Shown piece after piece: positions 58,437 to 64,000 of a stretch of DNA of 64,000 nt (position 1 is its first letter; each line of letters begins with the position of its first letter). The position numbers and the translations under genes are program-made. The notes under the pieces were generated by a model. The model searched no databases, was not told the DNA's origin, and worked only from the letters and a program-made list of their open reading frames with translations. Origin of the DNA: Candidatus Freyarchaeum deiterrae (GTDB lineage: Archaea; Asgardarchaeota; Jordiarchaeia; Jordiarchaeales; Jordiarchaeaceae); contig CP147778.1 in assembly GCA_037305845.1 (NCBI GenBank), positions 2,048,001-2,112,000 of the forward strand, given 5' to 3'.

Positions 58437-59897
58437 TCACAACTTATTTTTATTTAAGTACTCCTTGTATTCAAACATCTTGCGAAGACATTTAGCCGCT
58501 CTCCTTGGGTCCACATATGCTGGGACGCTCCGGCTTACGAGCATTTCGGTAAACTCTGTGTCTCTTGTGATACAGAAAACTGGTTTTTTATATTTCTCCA
58601 CCATTTTTGCTGTATCAATGGCTATTTCGTGCATGAATTGCTTCCACCTCTGCGTCATTGTTTCAATCATTTGTTCATCCACTTTTCCAGTATTTTTCCA
58701 ACCCTTGATTATTGTTGAGAGGTTACCAGCGAAAAACTGAATGATTAATGCGTCAGCCGCATCGTTTTCAAGTAGAACATTTCCACTCCACGTGAGCAAC
58801 TCAATGTTGTATGTCGCAACAAGATCCACGGGATTACCGTGGCTCCAATAGGGAGGGGCCTTTTCGCTTATCTTATCAATAATGCTCTGAGATAGTTTAG
58901 AAACCTCCAAGCCATACTCCTCACACGCATCAGCCGCAAGTACTCCCCAGCCTCCTCCGGGGGTTATTATACCCACCCTTTTACCCTGTGGTAGGGCTCC
59001 CATTGAAAAGGCTACTGCATAGTCTATGAGCTCTTCCGTGCTCTCACACGTGATAATATTGTTCTGCTTCGCAACTGCGTTAAAAATTTGGTTTGATCCA
59101 GCGATGGAAGATGTGTGGGAGTGTGCCGCTTTAGCACCAGCACTGGTTCTGCCGGCTTTGACAACTATGAATGGTTTTCTTTTGGTTAACTCCTTTGTGA
59201 CCCTTAAAAACTTTTCACCGTTACGAATACCCTCTATGAAGGCTGCCACTACCTTCGTGTCCTTGTCGTATGTAAAATACTCTAAGAAATCATCCAGCTT
59301 CAGAACCGCTTCGTTTCCACTACTAACAAATTTGGAAACCCCGCCGCCCATGTCCGCCATTGCTCCCATAAGCACCAGACCCACAGTACCAGATTGACTC
59401 ACCATAGAAATATTTCCTCTAGTTGGAAGATTGCGGGTCATCAGGGTGTTTAAACCAGTGGAAGTATTAACAATCCCCATGCAGTTGGGACCTACTACCG
59501 CTATTTCATTTTCCCGCGCTATTCGAACAATCTCCTCCTGCATTTTCTTACCCTCCTCTCCCGCCTCACCGAAGCCAGCGGTGATTATTATACATGCTTT
59601 TACCCCCTTCTCAGCGCATTCTTTGAAGACTTGAAGAACATGCTCTGCGGGAATAACAATAACCGCTAAATCTACTTCTTGAGGTATATCCGTAATCTTT
59701 GGGTAAGCCTTAAGTTCAGAGACCTTTTGAACGTTAGGATTTACCGGGAAAATCTCACCCTTAAATCCGCTGAAAATCAGGTTACCCATAACATTATTTC
59801 CTATCTTATTCGGAACGTCCGTAGCTCCGATTACCGCAACGTTTCTAGGCTCAAAGAGCGGTTTCAGGGCATGGTCGCTTCTCATAGGGTTCACCAC
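58437..59897 (-). CDS. Acyl-CoA synthetase (NDP-forming) alpha subunit
   Basis: VAVIGA, ITAGFGE, GPNCMG, SQSGT, SSGNEA, AAHSHTSSIAGS (phospho-His) and NPVDL motifs. Confidence 0.92.
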   Translation of the reverse strand: MVNPMRSDHALKPLFEPRNVAVIGATDVPNKIGNNVMGNLIFSGFKGEIFPVNPNVQKVSELKAYPKITDIPQEVDLAVIVIPAEHVLQVFKECAEKGVKACIIITAGFGEAGEEGKKMQEEIVRIARENEIAVVGPNCMGIVNTSTGLNTLMTRNLPTRGNISMVSQSGTVGLVLMGAMADMGGGVSKFVSSGNEAVLKLDDFLEYFTYDKDTKVVAAFIEGIRNGEKFLRVTKELTKRKPFIVVKAGRTSAGAKAAHSHTSSIAGSNQIFNAVAKQNNIITCESTEELIDYAVAFSMGALPQGKRVGIITPGGGWGVLAADACEEYGLEVSKLSQSIIDKISEKAPPYWSHGNPVDLVATYNIELLTWSGNVLLENDAADALIIQFFAGNLSTIIKGWKNTGKVDEQMIETMTQRWKQFMHEIAIDTAKMVEKYKKPVFCITRDTEFTEMLVSRSVPAYVDPRRAAKCLRKMFEYKEYLNKNKL

Positions 59898-59994
59898 AAA
59901 GGAGCTTATACAACTACGTTATAAATGCCTTTTCAACAATGAAATTAAATCAATATAAAACAAAACTGTAGAATCCCTACATAACATAATTTAT

Positions 59995-61455
59995 TTATTT
60001 TTCTGCCTCTGCGTTCCTCTCCCGGTACTCCTGGTACTCCACCATTTTTGCAATACACTTTACCGCCCTGATAGGACTTCCAAAAACTGGGACACTACTA
60101 TTCCTCAGAAAATTAGCTATTTCAGCGTCTCGGGTAACGAAGAAAACAGGTTTCCTGTACTTCTCATATATACCCAAAGCAATATCCGCAAAAGATTTCA
60201 CAAAGCCCTTGTACACCTCTTTAATCATCCCCATTTCTTCTTCGCGGAAAAGCGATAGCTTAGATAGGGGATACAATGCGCTTGAAAAGTCATACGCAAA
60301 ATAAGCATATAGCAATACATCAACAATATCCTTCTCAAAAAGAATCTCACAGCAGAACCTAAAGAGGTTCGTGTCTATGCTGGAGGTGAGGTCAATCGGA
60401 TTTCTTTTACTCCAGTAACTCGGCGCCCTCTCACTGATTTTGCTCACCACATCTGCTGGTAACTCAGGTACTTCCAGTCCATATTCCTCACAAGCATCAG
60501 CTGAGAGCACCGCCCATCCTCCGGCACCGCTCAAGATTCCTACTCTTCTTCCTCTTGGTAAAGGACACTTGGAGAAAGCTGTTGAATAATCTACGAGTTC
60601 ATCACTGTTATCTGCTAATGTGATTCCCGTCTGTTTTGCAATCGCGCGGAAAACCCGAATTGAGCCAGCTACTGAACTCGTGTGAGAATGAGCCGCCTTA
60701 GAACCCGCTTTGGTTTTTCCCACCTTAATTGCTATAAAGGGTTTCCTCTTGGTTAGTTCCCTCGCTACTTCAATAAACCGTCTACCATCACGAGCCTCCT
60801 CAATAAAAGCAACAACCACTCCCGCTTCGGGATCTTCACCATAATATTCCAAGTAGTCCTCTAATCTTAAGACCGCTTCATTCCCACTACTAACAAATTT
60901 TGTAAAACCAGCACCAGCCTTGGATATAGAATCCATAAGCACCATACCAAGAGTTCCGCTCTGAGAAACCATAGCAACATTTCCCTTACTGGGATAAAGA
61001 GGACTCATTAATGCAATGAGATTTCTAGAAGCACTGTAAACACCCATACAGTTCGGGCCAACTATTTTCATTCCGCTCCTTCGACCAATCTCCGAAATCA
61101 CATCCTGCATTTCCGCCCCTTCTCCACCAACCTCCCTAAAACCTGCAGTTATCATAATACATGCCCTAACCCCCTTCTTCTCACAATCCCTTAAAACCCC
61201 AAGAGCAACAGAAGCGGGAACCGTGATAACCACCAGATCAACGTCTCTCGGAATTGACGTAACACTGGGATAAGTTTTGAGCCCGAAAACTTTATCCTCA
61301 TTCGGATTCACCGGGTAGACTTCACCCTGATACTCCCCGGAAAGAATTGCAGCCAGAGTAGCCCCCCCAATTTTTCCAAAATTGTTAGAGGCACCAACCA
61401 CGGCAACACTTCTCGGATTGAACAAACTTTCAAGACCACGCTCTTGCTTGCTCAT
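59995..61455 (-). CDS. Acyl-CoA synthetase (NDP-forming) alpha subunit, tandem paralog
   Basis: Same motif set: GPNCMG, SQSGT, AAHSHTSSVAGS, NPIDL. Confidence 0.92.
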   Translation of the reverse strand: MSKQERGLESLFNPRSVAVVGASNNFGKIGGATLAAILSGEYQGEVYPVNPNEDKVFGLKTYPSVTSIPRDVDLVVITVPASVALGVLRDCEKKGVRACIMITAGFREVGGEGAEMQDVISEIGRRSGMKIVGPNCMGVYSASRNLIALMSPLYPSKGNVAMVSQSGTLGMVLMDSISKAGAGFTKFVSSGNEAVLRLEDYLEYYGEDPEAGVVVAFIEEARDGRRFIEVARELTKRKPFIAIKVGKTKAGSKAAHSHTSSVAGSIRVFRAIAKQTGITLADNSDELVDYSTAFSKCPLPRGRRVGILSGAGGWAVLSADACEEYGLEVPELPADVVSKISERAPSYWSKRNPIDLTSSIDTNLFRFCCEILFEKDIVDVLLYAYFAYDFSSALYPLSKLSLFREEEMGMIKEVYKGFVKSFADIALGIYEKYRKPVFFVTRDAEIANFLRNSSVPVFGSPIRAVKCIAKMVEYQEYRERNAEAEK

Positions 61456-61661
61456 ATTATCGCCAAAAGCGAATATCTAGCTCCGCTATAAATAATTTTG
61501 GGAAAGCAATTCTCGAGGAAAAAATTCTGCGTTATTCAATACTGAACCTTTTTGTCATCGATTAAAGAGGTAAAGAAACCCTCGATATAAGTGGTTAAGA
61601 TAGTAAAACACTTAACATAAAATAAGATTATAGTATATTAAGGCTTTATGGAGGCAGTTTC

Positions 61662-62153
61662 TTGCCTGATAAATCAAAAAAAGAGGCAGTAGAGGCTGGA
61701 AAGCGAAGCGCCGAGCGTAAAACCGCCAAGGCTGCGGCAAAAGCAACCCCCGAAGACTCGAAGAAAGCTGCAGACAAGCTCTTAGAAGCTGAAATTAAAG
61801 GAAATATGTCAGCAGATACAGGTGAGCCCATGGAAATGGCTATCCGCTGCTACGAGCTTTTACGGAAGGGAGACCACTCGGCGTGGGTTAAAACGCTATC
61901 ACTTTATTTACAAGAGAAGGCCGACGTAAATGGATCAAGCGCATACTTTTGGTGGAAGACGGGACGGCACTACGTCGAGGATTATGGGGTCTACTATGAA
62001 TTCCTAAAAGAGGACAAAACCCCGTACCCAAACACGAGAAAATTCTTCTTTAAACGCAAGAACGCTGACGGTAGTGATAGAGGTTTACCAGTACCATGCA
62101 CACTACGCATCGATAACGACGGGGTTTGGAGAGTAGACCAACAAAGCGTCTAA
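61662..62153 (+). CDS. Hypothetical protein
   Basis: 163-aa ORF with GGAGG SD before TTG; Lys/Ala-rich N-terminus and an aromatic-rich globular domain. Confidence 0.7.
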   Translation: MPDKSKKEAVEAGKRSAERKTAKAAAKATPEDSKKAADKLLEAEIKGNMSADTGEPMEMAIRCYELLRKGDHSAWVKTLSLYLQEKADVNGSSAYFWWKTGRHYVEDYGVYYEFLKEDKTPYPNTRKFFFKRKNADGSDRGLPVPCTLRIDNDGVWRVDQQSV

Positions 62154-62173
62154 TTAGCTTACCATTATCTTTT

Positions 62174-62677
62174 TTAGTAAATAGAAACCTTTGCTACCCC
62201 TTTTATTTGCAAAAATTTTGGGATCAATTCTCCTGGTATTTTTCTTTCAGCTATTAGTGTTAGTCTGGGTTCGGGGCTGAGTTCGGGATCATCTGTGAGG
62301 GCCTGTCTGATACTTATTCCTTCATTAGCGAGAATCGTTGAGGCGTTGGCTAGTATTCCAACATTCCGAGGATCGTCAGGCGTGATCTCAAGCACCCCCA
62401 GATTAAGGTAGCGTGCTATCTCTCTCAGAGAGAGACCTGCGGATCTCATGAGAGTATAAATGTTTCTGAGCTCCTCGTTTTTGTTAATCATTTTTATGGT
62501 TTCAATAACAGTTCTTCTATCGACTTTTGCTGCCTGAGCAATTCGAACTACTGGAATCTCAATCTCGTTGCAGTAAACACTTTCATTCTTGATATTCAAA
62601 CCGTTCTCCACAAGTACTTTGGCCACGGCAAGTCTTTCTGGGTGGTCTGCAAAATATTCGGAGGTTTTTCGCCACAT
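62174..62677 (-). CDS. trpY: Tryptophan-responsive regulator TrpY (HTH plus ACT domain, COG2150)
   Basis: MW start, IAQAAKVDRRTV, GILA...GISIRQA..DDPEL...PRLTLI...IPG...V.KVSIY as in methanogen TrpY. Divergent from trpB2 with TRP boxes. Confidence 0.85.
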   Translation of the reverse strand: MWRKTSEYFADHPERLAVAKVLVENGLNIKNESVYCNEIEIPVVRIAQAAKVDRRTVIETIKMINKNEELRNIYTLMRSAGLSLREIARYLNLGVLEITPDDPRNVGILANASTILANEGISIRQALTDDPELSPEPRLTLIAERKIPGELIPKFLQIKGVAKVSIY

Positions 62678-62715
62678 ATTTATCTAATCCTCCACTCTGC
62701 TATACCATGGTTATA

Positions 62716-62731
62716 TGTACATTTATGTACA
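62716..62731. promoter_or_regulatory. TRP boxes (TGTACA-N4-TGTACA), TrpY operator
   Basis: TGTACA at 62716-62721 and 62726-62731, between divergent trpY and trpB2; matches the TrpY box described in Methanothermobacter. Confidence 0.8.
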
Positions 62732-62851
62732 CGTAAGATTTAAATTTAACCTAATTAACAATTAATGTTCATATAAGTATTTAAGATTTATCAAATGCAC
62801 AACTCCTAACATACGGAGAGAGTATCAAAACAAAATTGAAAGGTGAAAAAC

Positions 62852-64000
62852 ATGTCTCAAAGGAAGATACTTTTAGATGAGGAGAATATACCCAAGCAGT
62901 GGTACAACATAGCGCCAGATCTGCCAAAGCCGTTACCACCCCCAATAAGCCCCGAAACCAGGGAACCAGTAAACCCCTCAGCACTAGAACCCATATTCGC
63001 CAAAGAACTCATAAAACAAGAAATAAGCCAAGAACGTTGGATAAAAATACCCGAAGAAGTACGAGACATTTACCGAATCTGGAGACCAACTCCACTCTAC
63101 AGAGCAACCAGACTTGAAAAAGCCCTAAAAACACCAGCAAAAATCTACTACAAATATGAGGGAGTGAGCCCTCCTGGAAGTCACAAGCCCAACACAGCAG
63201 TAGCCCAAGTCTATTACAACATGAAACAAGGCATAGAAAGAATAACAACAGAAACCGGAGCCGGACAGTGGGGCTCCTCACTGGCATATGCTTGTTCCAT
63301 GTTTGGATTGGAATCTGTAGTCTATATGGTCAAAGTTAGTTATCAGCAGAAACCCTACCGAAAAATCATGATGGAAATCTGGGGCTCGCAGGTTTACGCA
63401 AGTCCAAGTAATAACACAGAATTCGGCAGAAAAGTATTAGAGGACGACCCCGACAATTCGGGAAGTCTCGGGTTAGCAATAAGCGAAGCTATGGAAGACG
63501 CTGTAACCCATGATAATACAAGATACACTTTAGGAAGCGTACTCAACCATGTGCTCCTACACCAAACAGTTATTGGACAGGAAGCTATAAAGCAGTTCGA
63601 ACAAATTGATGATTACCCCGACATTATCTTCGGCTGCATTGGAGGCGGTAGCAGTTTCTCAGGAGCATTCTATCCCTTCTACTATGATAAGGTTTCCAAA
63701 CATGCCCCCAAAGATTGCGAGTTTATGGCGGTTGAACCTACAGCATGTCCCTCCATGACAAAGGGCACCTATATGTATGACCATGCAGACGTAGCCCGAA
63801 TGACTCCACTATTCAAAATGTATACACTTGGCCACACATTCATCCCACCTCCGATACACGCAGGAGGCTTACGTTATCACGGGAAAGCTCCCACACTGTG
63901 TCTACTCCATAAGGAAGGAAAAGTGGGGGTCAAAGCTTACAATCAGCTTGAAGTATTCGAAGCTGCTACGCTATTCTCCAAGACTGAGGGCATAATCCCG
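62852..64000 (+). CDS. trpB2: Tryptophan synthase beta chain 2 (TrpB-like PLP enzyme; 3' end runs off the window)
   Basis: Manual translation from ATG 62852 (AGGTGA SD): [37 protein letters not shown] (PLP-Lys), [16 protein letters not shown] and HAGGLRYHG. Confidence 0.94.
   Translation, partial: MSQRKILLDEENIPKQWYNIAPDLPKPLPPPISPETREPVNPSALEPIFAKELIKQEISQERWIKIPEEVRDIYRIWRPTPLYRATRLEKALKTPAKIYYKYEGVSPPGSHKPNTAVAQVYYNMKQGIERITTETGAGQWGSSLAYACSMFGLESVVYMVKVSYQQKPYRKIMMEIWGSQVYASPSNNTEFGRKVLEDDPDNSGSLGLAISEAMEDAVTHDNTRYTLGSVLNHVLLHQTVIGQEAIKQFEQIDDYPDIIFGCIGGGSSFSGAFYPFYYDKVSKHAPKDCEFMAVEPTACPSMTKGTYMYDHADVARMTPLFKMYTLGHTFIPPPIHAGGLRYHGKAPTLCLLHKEGKVGVKAYNQLEVFEAATLFSKTEGIIP

Noticed and set aside
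58309-58740. 143-aa plus-strand ORF
   Set aside because: Mostly antisense to the acyl-CoA synthetase 3' end, with no motifs.
62795-62809. Four-codon minigene (MHNS) upstream of trpB2
   Set aside because: No Trp codon and no SD; expected by chance.

Overview
Archaeal chromosomal segment (about 40% GC by eye, AT-rich intergenic DNA, GGAGG/GGTGA Shine-Dalgarno sites). eL13, an Sm-like protein, RFC, RIO2, NurA/HerA, Fae-Hps, HdrBC and TrpY point to an anaerobic TACK/Asgard-type archaeon; that taxonomy is inference only. Most genes are housekeeping or metabolic: trpS, a LeuCD/dehydrogenase trio, a GH35 hydrolase, an iron/corrinoid ABC importer, AOR, two glnA genes, Moco/Wco biosynthesis, thiC, two acyl-CoA synthetase alpha subunits and trpY/trpB2. 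Two loci stand out. (1) A split archaeal glutamate synthase operon (three GltB-domain genes) has as its first, overlapping gene an HdrB-HdrC fusion, suggesting a thiol/heterodisulfide-linked GOGAT. (2) A BlaI repressor plus membrane Zn-protease pair sits divergent from a four-gene surface-glycoprotein/ABC-2 exporter cassette. The cassette carries BlaI-type operators and is tandemly duplicated (about 4 kb, breakpoints visible as gcvH and blaI relics). Its ectodomains have diverged far more than the neighbouring non-coding relic DNA. Several operators can be read directly: DtxR-like boxes, TRP boxes and a candidate Lrp nitrogen motif. I saw no rRNA, tRNA, CRISPR array or transposase. All calls come from visual motif recognition, without database searches.
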